DNA from: an uncultured Candidatus Melainabacteria bacterium
Lineage (GTDB): Bacteria > Cyanobacteriota > Vampirovibrionia > Gastranaerophilales > Gastranaerophilaceae
Length of the DNA: 52,491 nt
Direction of reading: 5' to 3'
Assembly: GCA_937895785.1 (NCBI GenBank)
Contig: CALBKW010000070.1
Location: 1-52,491, forward strand
The notes beneath the pieces are model-generated. The model was not told the origin of the DNA and ran no database searches. It saw only the letters and a program-made list of their open reading frames with translations. Position 1 is the stretch's first letter, and every line of letters starts with the position of its first letter. Made by a program: the position numbers and the translations under genes. Of the stretch, positions 35,135 through 44,628 are shown one piece after another.

Positions 35135-37147
35135 ATGGCAAAGATTTTATTAGTTTCAGACAATAATGACAAAATTAAACATTATGACGAGATTTTAAGC
35201 AAATTCTCGCATGAATTTATGTTTGCGACTGATAATCAAATGTTTTTAGATTCAATTGAGGTTGAAGCTGTTAATATCATTGTTCTTGATGCTTCTTCAA
35301 AATCAATTGATTTGCCTCAACTTTATAGAAAAATTAATTCTATCAAGGATAATGTTATCACGGTTGTGTTATTGAAAGATGATAAAATTCCACCAGAATT
35401 GCTGAATATTTCAGATGCATTTTTAACTGAACCCGTTGCGGATAACATTTTACTATCAACTATTAACGTAAATTTACGTAGAAAAGAATCTTTGGTAAGA
35501 CTTGCAACATCTAACCAAAATCTTTCAAAAAGTTTGTATCAATTGGATGTACTGTATAATTTAGGCTCACAACTTTCAGCAACATTAGACAAAGAAAAGC
35601 TTATTAATATTATGTTAGAAGGGCTTGATAAGGCTTTGGGTTTTTCAGTTGCCTGCGTTTTAACTTTTAAGTCTAACAATGAACCTTTATTAATTATAAA
35701 TTCAATCAATCAAATTTCAGATAGATTGTTAGAGGCGCTAAAACTTAGAGCTGTATTGAATTACAAATCTTTGTTTGAAAATAAAGAAATGCCTTTCGAG
35801 TTAAATATTGATGATTTAAAAACAATAAAATATGCTAAAAATCCAATAGACGACTATGATTTTTCAATTCTGCGTTATGATACAATGTTTGCGCAAATTA
35901 ATTTGAGTGAAAATTTCTTCGGATTTGTCGAAATTTATAGAGAAAATTCTTTTACAAATGAAGATGCACAATGTTTTCACACTATTGCGCAACAAGTTTC
36001 TATGCCGTTGAAAAATTCTTCTTATGTTCAAGAAATTCAAGAAAAGAATGCAAGACTGCACTATTTGGAACACATGAAATCAGAAATGATTTCGCTTGTT
36101 TCTCATGAATTGAGAACTCCGATTACGCCATTGAAAACATCTTTACAAATTATTTCAAGCGGAAGAGCCGGTGAAGTTACTCCCAATATGGCAAAATTCT
36201 TAGGAATGGCAAACAAAAATATTGAAAGTTTTTCAAAGATTATTAACGACTTGCTTGATATGTCAAAAATTGAAGCAGGTAAAATGGATTACAAATTTAC
36301 TTCAACTAACGTGGAAAAACTTATTGAATTTGTTAAACTTCAACAAACAAATGTTGCAGAGTCTAAGGGCTTGAACTTGACAACTCATTTTGATGACAAA
36401 TTTGTAACAGTTTTTGCCGATTCTTCAAGATTGCAACAAGTTTTGAATAACTTGTTATCAAATGCAATTAAGTTCACTAACGCTGGTGGTACAATTGATA
36501 TTAGTACAAAGGTTGTTGATGCAAGTGAAATTAAGACTCCTGAATGTTTTGCCGATGAAGTGAAGAATTTAGAGGGTAAATATCTTCAAGTATGTGTATC
36601 GGATGATGGTATAGGTATTGAAGAAGAAAATTTACCTAAGATTTTTGACCAGTTCCAACAAGTTGAAAGTTCGCTATCACGTGAAGTTGGTGGTACTGGT
36701 TTAGGTTTACCGATTGTAAGAAAGATGTTAGATGCACATAATGGTGCTATTTGGGCTGAAAGTGAAGTTAATGAAGGCTCTAAATTTTACTTTGTTCTTC
36801 CTGTTTCTACCGACAAATCTAACTTCTGGATTTTACATAAACAACTAATTCAACAAGCAAAAGTTAATAAGACTAAATTTGTGACACTATCAATGAGTGC
36901 ATCAGGTGATGTCATAGAAAACTTATTGAAGGAAGATAACTTAATAAATAGAACATATCTTAACAATTCAGTTATAGTAAACGAAGATGGTCGAACAACA
37001 CTAACCATGGTAATTCCAGACGCAACTGCTTGTGTTGTTGACTTCTTAAAACGTAAGATTGATACCGTAGTGCTTAACGATAAAGCCCGATACGGTAAAT
37101 GTGATATAATGTATTCATACGCTACTTATCCAAAGGAGAAAGATTAA
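35135..37147 (+). CDS. Hybrid-like sensor histidine kinase (N-terminal receiver-like domain, GAF-like region, HisKA, HATPase_c, unknown ~110-aa C-terminal domain)
   Basis: H-box SHELRTPITPL, N-box NLLSNAIKFT, G1 DDGIGI, G2 GGTGLGLPIV. The N-terminal ~120 aa have a REC-like layout, but the usual DD pair reads SDNN and the KP motif reads TEP. Confidence 0.88.
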   Translation: MAKILLVSDNNDKIKHYDEILSKFSHEFMFATDNQMFLDSIEVEAVNIIVLDASSKSIDLPQLYRKINSIKDNVITVVLLKDDKIPPELLNISDAFLTEPVADNILLSTINVNLRRKESLVRLATSNQNLSKSLYQLDVLYNLGSQLSATLDKEKLINIMLEGLDKALGFSVACVLTFKSNNEPLLIINSINQISDRLLEALKLRAVLNYKSLFENKEMPFELNIDDLKTIKYAKNPIDDYDFSILRYDTMFAQINLSENFFGFVEIYRENSFTNEDAQCFHTIAQQVSMPLKNSSYVQEIQEKNARLHYLEHMKSEMISLVSHELRTPITPLKTSLQIISSGRAGEVTPNMAKFLGMANKNIESFSKIINDLLDMSKIEAGKMDYKFTSTNVEKLIEFVKLQQTNVAESKGLNLTTHFDDKFVTVFADSSRLQQVLNNLLSNAIKFTNAGGTIDISTKVVDASEIKTPECFADEVKNLEGKYLQVCVSDDGIGIEEENLPKIFDQFQQVESSLSREVGGTGLGLPIVRKMLDAHNGAIWAESEVNEGSKFYFVLPVSTDKSNFWILHKQLIQQAKVNKTKFVTLSMSASGDVIENLLKEDNLINRTYLNNSVIVNEDGRTTLTMVIPDATACVVDFLKRKIDTVVLNDKARYGKCDIMYSYATYPKEKD

Positions 37148-37524
37148 TGAAAAAAATATTACTTGTAGATGATGAACAAGATATTGTAGAAACATTAAAA
37201 TTCGTTCTTGAAGCGGAAGGTTATACTTGTTTCTGCGCATATAATGGCGAAGATGGTTTAAAATTGGCTAAGGAAATTATACCAGATTTGATGGTATTAG
37301 ATGTTATGATGCCAAAGATTAATGGTTTCAAAATAAGTCGTTTATTGAAGTATGATGCTAAATATAAAAACATTCCAATCATTATGTTAACAGCACGTTC
37401 TCAAGACTCAGATAAACAAATCGGCGAAGAAACTGGTGCTGATGTTTGTATTACAAAGCCTTTTGACCTTGATGAAGTAGTTTTAACAGTAGCAAAATTA
37501 TTGAAAGAAAAAGAAAATAACTAG
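37147..37524 (+). CDS. Single-domain response regulator (CheY-like receiver)
   Basis: LLVDDEQD.., ..DLMVLDVMMPKINGF.., ..IIMLTAR.., ..ITKPFD. The ATG overlaps the kinase TAA by 1 nt. Confidence 0.9.
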   Translation: MKKILLVDDEQDIVETLKFVLEAEGYTCFCAYNGEDGLKLAKEIIPDLMVLDVMMPKINGFKISRLLKYDAKYKNIPIIMLTARSQDSDKQIGEETGADVCITKPFDLDEVVLTVAKLLKEKENN

Positions 37525-37525
37525 T

Positions 37526-38914
37526 ATGATGATGATGAATGAAGCGGTTACAAATAAAACCTTAGAAAAAATTAAATATGACCTTGTAAGAGAAGGCCTT
37601 GTAGAATATGAAGTTATAGAAAAAGCTCAAGAATTAGCTACAGCTCAAAATATAAGTATTGGTCAAGCGCTAATTAATTTGAACATTTTGTCAGAAGAAA
37701 CTCTTTTAAAATTTATGGAATCTAAATTGCACATTCCAAACGTAAATTTAGAAGATTACACGCTAGACAAAAACTGCTTGCAATACATCAACATTGTAGA
37801 TGCACGTAAATACAAAATTATTCCGTTATTTAAAATAGAAGACGTTTTAACTGTTGCAATGGCTGACCCATGGGATTTGTTTGCAATTGATAAAATTATG
37901 GAAAAAGCGGAATGTTCAATTGACCCTGTAATTTCATCTGAAGCAAGTATTTTAAAGAAAATTGATGAATACTACAAAACTCCAAATACCGTAGGTGAAA
38001 TATTTACAGAAGCTCAAGAATCTGGCTATGACTGGCATGAAGAATTGCACAATGATGATTTATCAGATGAGCATATTCAAAAGATTATTCGTGCAATTTT
38101 AAAACAAGCTATTCTTGAAGATAAACATGAAGTTTATTTTGCATACAGTGATAGAGGTTTAGATATTTCATTTAAACAAAAAGGAACTGTTTATGAAAAA
38201 GGATTTATTCCTTCTGTTTTAGCATCTTCATTTGTTGCTAAGTTAAAAGTATTATCAAATTTAGATCCTGCAGTTAGTGAAATACCTCAACTTGGTAAAT
38301 TATGCTTTAAAGTTGATGAAATGACTTTAGTCGCAAGCATTTCTTCATTCCCAACTGTAATGGGTGAAAGAATTGCGTTAAAAATTTACAAACCGCCAAA
38401 AGCAATAAACACAATTATTAAAGATGAGGCAAAGGTACAATTTGTTAAAAATTCACTTGAGAACCCTGGAATTGTGCTTGTATGCGGTGCTCCGTTGTCA
38501 GGTAAAACTCACGTAATTTATTCATTATTAAATGAAATTTCTGATACTAAGAAAAATATTATGACGATTGAATCTATTACAAAATACGATTTGCCTAAAA
38601 TTAATCAGTGTGAACTTAATGAAGGCGTTGGTTTTAACTTAGATAAAGCGTTGAGATTTATTGAGTTTCAATCTCCTGATATTATTTATTTTGAAGGTAT
38701 GATGTCAAAATTTGATTATCTTTCAAGTCTAGTGTTCAGTAATAAAACAGTAATTACTGAGTTTATGGCTGAAAACATGTCAGATTTACGTGAAAAAATG
38801 GCGTACTCAGAAGTTGAAACTTTTAAATCACTAGTTTCTTGTCTAATCTTTATTCACTCAAAAGATAGTGTTGAAGTGTTTGATAAGAATACTATTCAAA
38901 AGTATTTGGCATAA
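37526..38914 (+). CDS. PilB/GspE-like protein with a T2SSE_N-type N-domain and a degenerate ATPase core
   Basis: The N-domain ..ARKYKIIPLFKIEDVLTVAMADPWDLFAIDKI.. is GspE_N-like. Walker A is retained (GAPLSGKT), but the Asp box reads TIESITKY, Walker B reads DIIYFEGMMS and the His box reads SNKTVITEFMAEN. It starts 1 nt after the RR stop. Confidence 0.75.
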   Translation: MMMMNEAVTNKTLEKIKYDLVREGLVEYEVIEKAQELATAQNISIGQALINLNILSEETLLKFMESKLHIPNVNLEDYTLDKNCLQYINIVDARKYKIIPLFKIEDVLTVAMADPWDLFAIDKIMEKAECSIDPVISSEASILKKIDEYYKTPNTVGEIFTEAQESGYDWHEELHNDDLSDEHIQKIIRAILKQAILEDKHEVYFAYSDRGLDISFKQKGTVYEKGFIPSVLASSFVAKLKVLSNLDPAVSEIPQLGKLCFKVDEMTLVASISSFPTVMGERIALKIYKPPKAINTIIKDEAKVQFVKNSLENPGIVLVCGAPLSGKTHVIYSLLNEISDTKKNIMTIESITKYDLPKINQCELNEGVGFNLDKALRFIEFQSPDIIYFEGMMSKFDYLSSLVFSNKTVITEFMAENMSDLREKMAYSEVETFKSLVSCLIFIHSKDSVEVFDKNTIQKYLA

Positions 38915-38932
38915 TTTGAAATGATAAATTTT

Positions 38933-38961
38933 ATAAGGCGCGAGCGAAGCTCGCGCCTTAT
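38933..38961. terminator. GC-rich hairpin terminator between convergent genes
   Basis: ATAAGGCGCGAGC / GCTCGCGCCTTAT, loop GAA. The flanking U-tracts are only moderate. Confidence 0.65.
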
Positions 38962-39018
38962 TGATAAATTGCTTGATAATGTCATTCTGTACTTGTTTCA
39001 GAATCGAATTGAGATTTG

Positions 39019-39978
39019 TTAATCCTCTAAAAAACTACGGAATAAATCTGTTTTATCGTTACTTCTTATCTTGTTTATTGCTAAATCTTCCAATTGTCTT
39101 ATACGTTCTTTTGAAAAACCTAAAATTTTTCCCAATTCTTCAAGAGTTTTTGGTCGTGTGCCTTCAAGTCCAAAACGGTGGATTAAAATTTGTCGTTCTC
39201 GCTCCTCAAGATGTCGCATCAAAAAAGGCATACAATCGCTTAAATTTGTATTTTGTGCTTGCTCTTCTGGCGCTTTATAGCTCGAATCTGCGATATAATC
39301 CTGCACACTTAAATCTTCTGTAACAGGTGTATCAAGACTTATTGGTTCTTTCATTATTGCTTTTTTTATTCCCTGAACTCTTTTTATACTTATTTCCATT
39401 CTCTCAGCTATTTCTTTTTCACAAGGTTCTCGATTAAGTTCAAAAGTTAAATCTAATATCGCTTTTTTATATTTTCTAATTTTATCGGTCATGTGAACAG
39501 GGATTCTGATAGAACGAGAATAGTTTGAAATTGCTCGAATTATTGTTTGCTTAATCCACCACGTTGCATAGGTCGAAAATTTGAATGATTTTGTGTAATC
39601 AAATTTTTCAGCAGCTCTAATCAAACCAATAGAACCCTCTTGAACTAAATCCATAAATAGAACACCCTGACCTACATACCTTTTTGCAATGCTGATAACA
39701 AGGCGTAAGTTCGCTTGTACTAGTTTTTTCTTTGCTCTAAGCGCATCATCTCGAGAACCCTCTTTTATGCTTTTGCCTAAAAATAACTCATCTTTAGTGC
39801 TTAGTAGTTTAGTTTTGCCGATGTCTTTTAGATACATTTGCAATAAATCGTCTTCCTTTGCAATACAACTAAATGTTTTAGGCTCTTCATCTAAGTTTTC
39901 ATCATCAGTATCTCTAAAATCAAATTCGTCCCATTTTTCGTCAATCAAGACAGCACTACAACTCTTTAAATTACTCAT
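39019..39978 (-). CDS. Sigma-70 family sigma factor, group 1/2 (RpoD/SigA-like)
   Basis: Region 2 ..[65 protein letters not shown], region 3, and region 4 ..[35 protein letters not shown]. Confidence 0.92.
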   Translation of the reverse strand: MSNLKSCSAVLIDEKWDEFDFRDTDDENLDEEPKTFSCIAKEDDLLQMYLKDIGKTKLLSTKDELFLGKSIKEGSRDDALRAKKKLVQANLRLVISIAKRYVGQGVLFMDLVQEGSIGLIRAAEKFDYTKSFKFSTYATWWIKQTIIRAISNYSRSIRIPVHMTDKIRKYKKAILDLTFELNREPCEKEIAERMEISIKRVQGIKKAIMKEPISLDTPVTEDLSVQDYIADSSYKAPEEQAQNTNLSDCMPFLMRHLEERERQILIHRFGLEGTRPKTLEELGKILGFSKERIRQLEDLAINKIRSNDKTDLFRSFLED

Positions 39979-40066
39979 ACTTCATAAATCCTTATACTTC
40001 CATCTACAATTTTTTAGACGAAGGTTTTAAGAATTTGTTTCAAAATAATTAAATTAAAAAGATAAC

Positions 40067-40099
40067 AAAGCACCCATGAATTGAATTCATGGGTGCTTT
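40067..40099 (-). terminator. Rho-independent terminator downstream of lemA
   Basis: AAAGCACCCATGAAT / ATTCATGGGTGCTTT, with a T-rich tract downstream on the - strand. Confidence 0.8.
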
Positions 40100-40113
40100 A
40101 GTTTGTTGAAATT

Positions 40114-40644
40114 TTATCTGTCATAACGTGGTGGAGGAGGCTTTACCTCGTTGATTTTAGCAAGAATGCTTGACGGGAACGAATTTATGTACCAGTTCAT
40201 TCTATCCACTGCATCGTTATAATATACCAACTTTTCGTTTTGAGCTTCTTCTAATGTTGCTAATTGACGTAATTGAGCTTGTAAACCAGCGTTTGTTTTC
40301 AAATCTTTATATCTGCCAACAGCTTGAACGATTAATTCAACTTGTTTATCAAATTTCTTTTGTAGCTCATAACGTTGTTCAACATTGTCAATTCGAGGTT
40401 TTAGCTTGTTTAATTCATATCTGATCGCATAGGCATCATTAACTAAATGTTGGTCTTTATCCATAAATTCTTTTGCATAGCCTAATATGTCAAGAATTAC
40501 GACATTTTTCTTAATTAAAATAGCATCAACGCCAGCCAAACCTCTTAAAAGGTTGTCTTTGTATTTATCTAAATCAAGTGCAAGTTTTATTACATAAATT
40601 ATGTATAGTAATATACCTACAATAATTATCCATAATGCTGTCAT
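40114..40644 (-). CDS. lemA: LemA family protein
   Basis: N-terminal TM helix, then helical repeats ending ..YYNDAVDRMNWYINSFPSSILAKI, which fits the LemA pattern (YN..V..YN....FP). It lies 3 nt after the LCP gene. Confidence 0.7.
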   Translation of the reverse strand: MTALWIIIVGILLYIIYVIKLALDLDKYKDNLLRGLAGVDAILIKKNVVILDILGYAKEFMDKDQHLVNDAYAIRYELNKLKPRIDNVEQRYELQKKFDKQVELIVQAVGRYKDLKTNAGLQAQLRQLATLEEAQNEKLVYYNDAVDRMNWYINSFPSSILAKINEVKPPPPRYDR

Positions 40645-40647
40645 TTA

Positions 40648-42000
40648 TTATTCTCCTGCAAGATAAATAGTTATGTCACTGCTTGTACAGTAAGCTCTGT
40701 CTGGGTTATATACAAATTGCATCTTGTTCAATTGCGGAGCTTTTCTTTTTAAGCTTGCGAAAAATTCGTTTGAAACTGATGGTTCGTGAGCAATGAATTG
40801 AGAATGTGGCAAGCTTGCTGGTCCAAAACAGTTAACGTTGTAGCCTAATTCTTCAACTGTAGCTTTTACGCTTTCAGCGGTAGCCTTGTTTGCTTTTGTA
40901 TATTTGATACCGATGTTATAAGCTTCTGTTGTAGGTGAAACTCTGTCACGATAAATCATTCTATTTACCATTTCTTGAGTTTTTTCAGGGTCTAAAATCC
41001 AGTAACTGATATAACCATGTTTGTTTGGTGCACCTGGAAGTGTCGCAAATTCAATTTTGTTTATATCAAATCCTTTAGACATTGCTGCATATTGAGAAAT
41101 TTCATAGAAAGACATATCTGTCTTTACGTATGTTGCAATAACATTTAAAATGTCTGGAATTTTTGCAATAGTTTGAGGAGTTTGTAATTTTTCCAACAAA
41201 CCTTTTAAGAACCATTGTTGACGTTGAGTTCTACCAATATCGCCTAAGCCGTCATGTCTGAATCGTAAATATCCAACAGCGTTTTGACCGTCTAAAATGT
41301 TTAAACCTTTTGATAAGTTTACGTGTAAATTACCTGCATAATCGTGGTAGTACATATTCTTTTCTACATAAATTGGAATACCACCGATTGCATCAACAAT
41401 TCTTCTCACAGCTTCGTCGTGAACTAAGATATAATGGTCTATTTTTACACCTAAAGTTCTTTCAATAGTGGCTTTTGTCATTTCAATACCACCAATTGCG
41501 TGTGCAGAATTGATTTTTTGGATACCGTAATCTCCAGGTAAGTATACTTTACTATCACGCGGGATTGAAATTGCGTTTATTGATTTTGTTTTAGGGTCTA
41601 TATTTAACAATATGATTGTGTCTGTTCTTGCGCCAGCCCAAGGATTTGTTGGTGAATTGTTTGCATCAACACCGCAAAGTAAAATGTTTTGGCGTCTTTG
41701 AGCAAAAGGCATTGCAAAATTTACGTGCTGTTTGTTCTTTACATCTAGTGGCAAACTTAGCAACATCTTTGTAACAAAAGAATCTTCACCAAAGGTTTCT
41801 GTAATAATTTCTTTGTTTTCTTGAGCTATTAAAAGAACAAGAATTATTGCGCAAAATACGATTACTATTCCGAACAAAGTTCTTGCAAATCCAGAAGTAT
41901 CTTCTTTTTCCGCTTTTAAATGCTTTAAAAATACGCTATATTCTTCGTTTAAGTCTTTTTCTTCTTGTTCTAATTTTTGATCTATATCTGATTTTGACAT
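40648..42000 (-). CDS. LytR-CpsA-Psr (LCP) family protein with a C-terminal LytR_C-like domain
   Basis: TM anchor, then ..ILLCGVDAN....GARTDTIILLNIDPKTKSINAISIPRDSKVYLPG...KINSAHAIGG. Confidence 0.88.
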   Translation of the reverse strand: MSKSDIDQKLEQEEKDLNEEYSVFLKHLKAEKEDTSGFARTLFGIVIVFCAIILVLLIAQENKEIITETFGEDSFVTKMLLSLPLDVKNKQHVNFAMPFAQRRQNILLCGVDANNSPTNPWAGARTDTIILLNIDPKTKSINAISIPRDSKVYLPGDYGIQKINSAHAIGGIEMTKATIERTLGVKIDHYILVHDEAVRRIVDAIGGIPIYVEKNMYYHDYAGNLHVNLSKGLNILDGQNAVGYLRFRHDGLGDIGRTQRQQWFLKGLLEKLQTPQTIAKIPDILNVIATYVKTDMSFYEISQYAAMSKGFDINKIEFATLPGAPNKHGYISYWILDPEKTQEMVNRMIYRDRVSPTTEAYNIGIKYTKANKATAESVKATVEELGYNVNCFGPASLPHSQFIAHEPSVSNEFFASLKRKAPQLNKMQFVYNPDRAYCTSSDITIYLAGE

Positions 42001-42041
42001 TATATTTACACTTTTCTAATACTCATATCCAGTTTATAAAT

Positions 42042-42070
42042 ATTATATTTTAACAGGGTTGTAAAATCAA
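42042..42070 (-). promoter_or_regulatory. Sigma-70-type promoter candidate for the LCP-lemA unit
   Basis: On the - strand, TTGATT (42070-42065) - 17 nt - TATAAT (42047-42042). Confidence 0.5.
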
Positions 42071-42097
42071 TTAATGTTAACTAGAGTTAAGTAAATT

Positions 42098-42892
42098 TTA
42101 CTTAACTTCTTTTTGATAAGCCCAAGCGGAATGATTGTGTATGCTTTCCATCGCTTCGCATTCAACTTCAAATTCTTTTACAACTTCGTTTTTGCGCAAG
42201 TCTAAAACAACATCACGTAAAATATCTTCTACAAATTTTGGATTGTCGTAGGCTTTTTCTGTTACAAACTTTTCGTCTTCACGTTTCAATAGTGGGTAGA
42301 TAGAGCTTGATGAATGGCTTTCTACCATATCAATAAGGTCTTCAATCCAAATGTGTTCGTTTCTATCGTACGAAACTTTAACACCAATAATTGCTCTTTG
42401 GTTATGTGCTCCATATTCAGAAATTTCTTTTGAACAAGGACAAAGAGTTGTTACTGGAACTTTTACGCCTAAAATAAATTTATAATTTTCTTTTTCCGTG
42501 TTGTAATTTTCTAAAACACTGTTAAATGAACATTCGTAACTCATTGTAGAGGTTAGACCTGAAACGGGTGCGAATTTATTTATAAAATATTTAAAAGTTA
42601 ATTCCAATTCTCCGCTTTGTGCGTCTAACTTTTCTACAATTGCAGATATACACCCTTTCAAGTCAGAACCTAAAAGGTCTTTGCTTTGCCAGTCTGTAAG
42701 CACCTCAACAAAGCGTGACATGTGAGTACCTTTGTAATGTTTAGGTAACGACACAGAAACGCGAGCTTTAGCGTTTACGACTTGATTTGAGCTATTTTTA
42801 CGTCTAATGTTTAGCGGAATTTCAAAATCTTTAATTCCGACCTTTTGAATATCGACTCCTCTTGAGTCGTATTCGTTTTGTATATCTTTCAT
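42098..42892 (-). CDS. folE2: GTP cyclohydrolase I type 2 (FolE2/MptA family)
   Basis: ..HYKGTHMSRFVE.. and ..TTLCPCSKEISEYGAHNQR.. are FolE2 hallmarks. Confidence 0.88.
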   Translation of the reverse strand: MKDIQNEYDSRGVDIQKVGIKDFEIPLNIRRKNSSNQVVNAKARVSVSLPKHYKGTHMSRFVEVLTDWQSKDLLGSDLKGCISAIVEKLDAQSGELELTFKYFINKFAPVSGLTSTMSYECSFNSVLENYNTEKENYKFILGVKVPVTTLCPCSKEISEYGAHNQRAIIGVKVSYDRNEHIWIEDLIDMVESHSSSSIYPLLKREDEKFVTEKAYDNPKFVEDILRDVVLDLRKNEVVKEFEVECEAMESIHNHSAWAYQKEVK

Positions 42893-42897
42893 CGTGG

Positions 42898-43239
42898 TTA
42901 TTCTTTAATTAATTCCATACCGCCATCGTTGTTTTCAAGGGCAGTCAAAAGTTTTAAAGCAGCTTCTTTTTGAGTTTTTTTAGGAGCAACTCTCAACAAT
43001 TCAATAGCTTTCATAACGATTGGATCGTTGTCATACCAACGTTTACCTTTGCCGTGAAATTCTGACATAATGTCATAAACTTTTTCAATAACATCTGCAG
43101 CAACTTGTTCTTGCATTTGAATAATAAATTCTGCAGCTGCATCTCTTTTATCTCCAGGAGCCAATCTTAAAAGTTCTAATGCTTCTTTTAATACTGGGTC
43201 TTTATCATACCAACGGCGTTGTTGTTGTTTTGCTTCCAT
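42898..43239 (-). CDS. Small helical protein made of two RWYD-type repeats, function unknown
   Basis: RRWYDKDPVLKEALELLRLAPGDKRDAAAEFI (aa 8-39) and KRWYDNDPIVMKAIELLRVAPKKTQKEAALKL (aa 66-97). SD GAGG. It ends 5 nt before folE2. Confidence 0.65.
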   Translation of the reverse strand: MEAKQQQRRWYDKDPVLKEALELLRLAPGDKRDAAAEFIIQMQEQVAADVIEKVYDIMSEFHGKGKRWYDNDPIVMKAIELLRVAPKKTQKEAALKLLTALENNDGGMELIKE

Positions 43240-43360
43240 TTATACCTCAAAATTTTTCCTTTATCTATAATATATATACCACAAATGTTTAAATTAATCA
43301 CACAAAATTAAAAAATAGTGTTTTTTTGTTATAATTGAGTTACAAAGAAAGGATAAAATT

Positions 43361-43792
43361 ATGAATATTTTATTAGTAAACGGACCAAACTTAAACTTGT
43401 TAGGAACAAGAGAACCAGATAAATACGGCTCAGAAACATTAGAAGAAATTGAAAAACATCTTCAAACGGAAGCTAAAAAGCATGATATTCAACTAGATTG
43501 CTGTCAATCAAATATTGAAGGTGAAATTGTTGATTTCATTCAAAAAGCCAATGGCATTTACGATGGTATAATTCTTAATGCTGGAGGTTATACTCACACA
43601 AGCGTTGCTATTCGTGATGCTATTTCTGCGGTTGAATTGCCTGTTGTAGAAGTTCATTTGTCAAACATAAATGCAAGAGAAGAATTTAGAAAATACTCAA
43701 TGATTGCACCAGTATGTATCGGACAAATCTCAGGTTTAGGCTCATTCTCTTATGATTTGGGCTTATTGGCTTTGTTGAATTATTTGAAATAA
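43361..43792 (+). CDS. aroQ: Type II 3-dehydroquinate dehydratase
   Basis: MNILLVNGPNLNLLGTREPDKYG.., ..NAGGYTHTSVAIRDA.., ..VEVHLSNI. An extended -10 TGTTATAAT lies at 43327-43335. Confidence 0.93.
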   Translation: MNILLVNGPNLNLLGTREPDKYGSETLEEIEKHLQTEAKKHDIQLDCCQSNIEGEIVDFIQKANGIYDGIILNAGGYTHTSVAIRDAISAVELPVVEVHLSNINAREEFRKYSMIAPVCIGQISGLGSFSYDLGLLALLNYLK

Positions 43793-43817
43793 GATTTTTT
43801 AATAATAATTTTTGTTT

Positions 43818-43860
43818 AATCGCTGAGTTTGTAAAAAAAAACAAACTCAGCGATTATTTT
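43818..43860 (+). terminator. Rho-independent terminator
   Basis: 15-bp stem AATCGCTGAGTTTGT / ACAAACTCAGCGATT, A8 loop, followed by ATTTT. Confidence 0.8.
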
Positions 43861-44021
43861 GCTATTTATAGTTTCGGTCAGCGGTTCACATATTCACATT
43901 TTGGTGTGTTTTATTCTCCTTACTGACTACGATACGAAACATGCTGTATCCCTTATCTGACATGCATGTTAGCCATGTTTTCCATGACTTAAATCATCTA
44001 AAAAGAGTATTAAAATTATAA

Positions 44022-44627
44022 TCATAAGTTGTAATTGTGTTCGTCAATAATATTCTGATTTTCAGGCTTTACAACTTCAAAATTTAGCAAAAAGTTATCA
44101 CCAACGTGTATTAAAATATCTTTACCTTTGCTTATGTATGATAGTGGAGTTGAGTTATAGAGAGCTACGCCTGCTGATTTAAAGCGATTCCCTTCTGGGT
44201 TTTTAACTGCTCCTTCTACCGTTCTATATCCACAAGAAATACCTTTTACAAAGAAATTTCCAACGGTTAGTGCTGCAGTTTTGCCTGTTTCGACTTTGTC
44301 CCATTCTGTGGTGTATTTTGCAAACAAATTTTGGGGTTCTTGTAAATTTCCATTATATTGCCTTATTTTTGTTACTTTTAGAGAGAAGGTCGCATTTTGC
44401 TTTAATCGACTGTTATCCTTTGCTCTAATCACGATACCTTCTATGATATCTCCAGCATATATAATGCCATAACTTTCTATTGTATTAGCATTTACGACTC
44501 TAAAAATAAGTGTATCAGTTGGGTTATTGCTATCATACGGTGTCATTGCCTCAACCAATGTAGCTTTTGCATTTGCAGGGGCTGTAAAAAATATTATTAG
44601 AGTTATAAGTAACAATATCTTTTTCAT
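44022..44627 (-). CDS. Secreted hypothetical protein (tandem paralogue B)
   Basis: Signal peptide MKKILLLITLIIFFTAPANA. Shares ..V.A.TP[YF]DSNNP.. and a C-terminal ..SPLS.I.KG.D..I....F.LNF.. pattern with the upstream gene. Confidence 0.7.
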   Translation of the reverse strand: MKKILLLITLIIFFTAPANAKATLVEAMTPYDSNNPTDTLIFRVVNANTIESYGIIYAGDIIEGIVIRAKDNSRLKQNATFSLKVTKIRQYNGNLQEPQNLFAKYTTEWDKVETGKTAALTVGNFFVKGISCGYRTVEGAVKNPEGNRFKSAGVALYNSTPLSYISKGKDILIHVGDNFLLNFEVVKPENQNIIDEHNYNL

Positions 44628-44628
44628 T

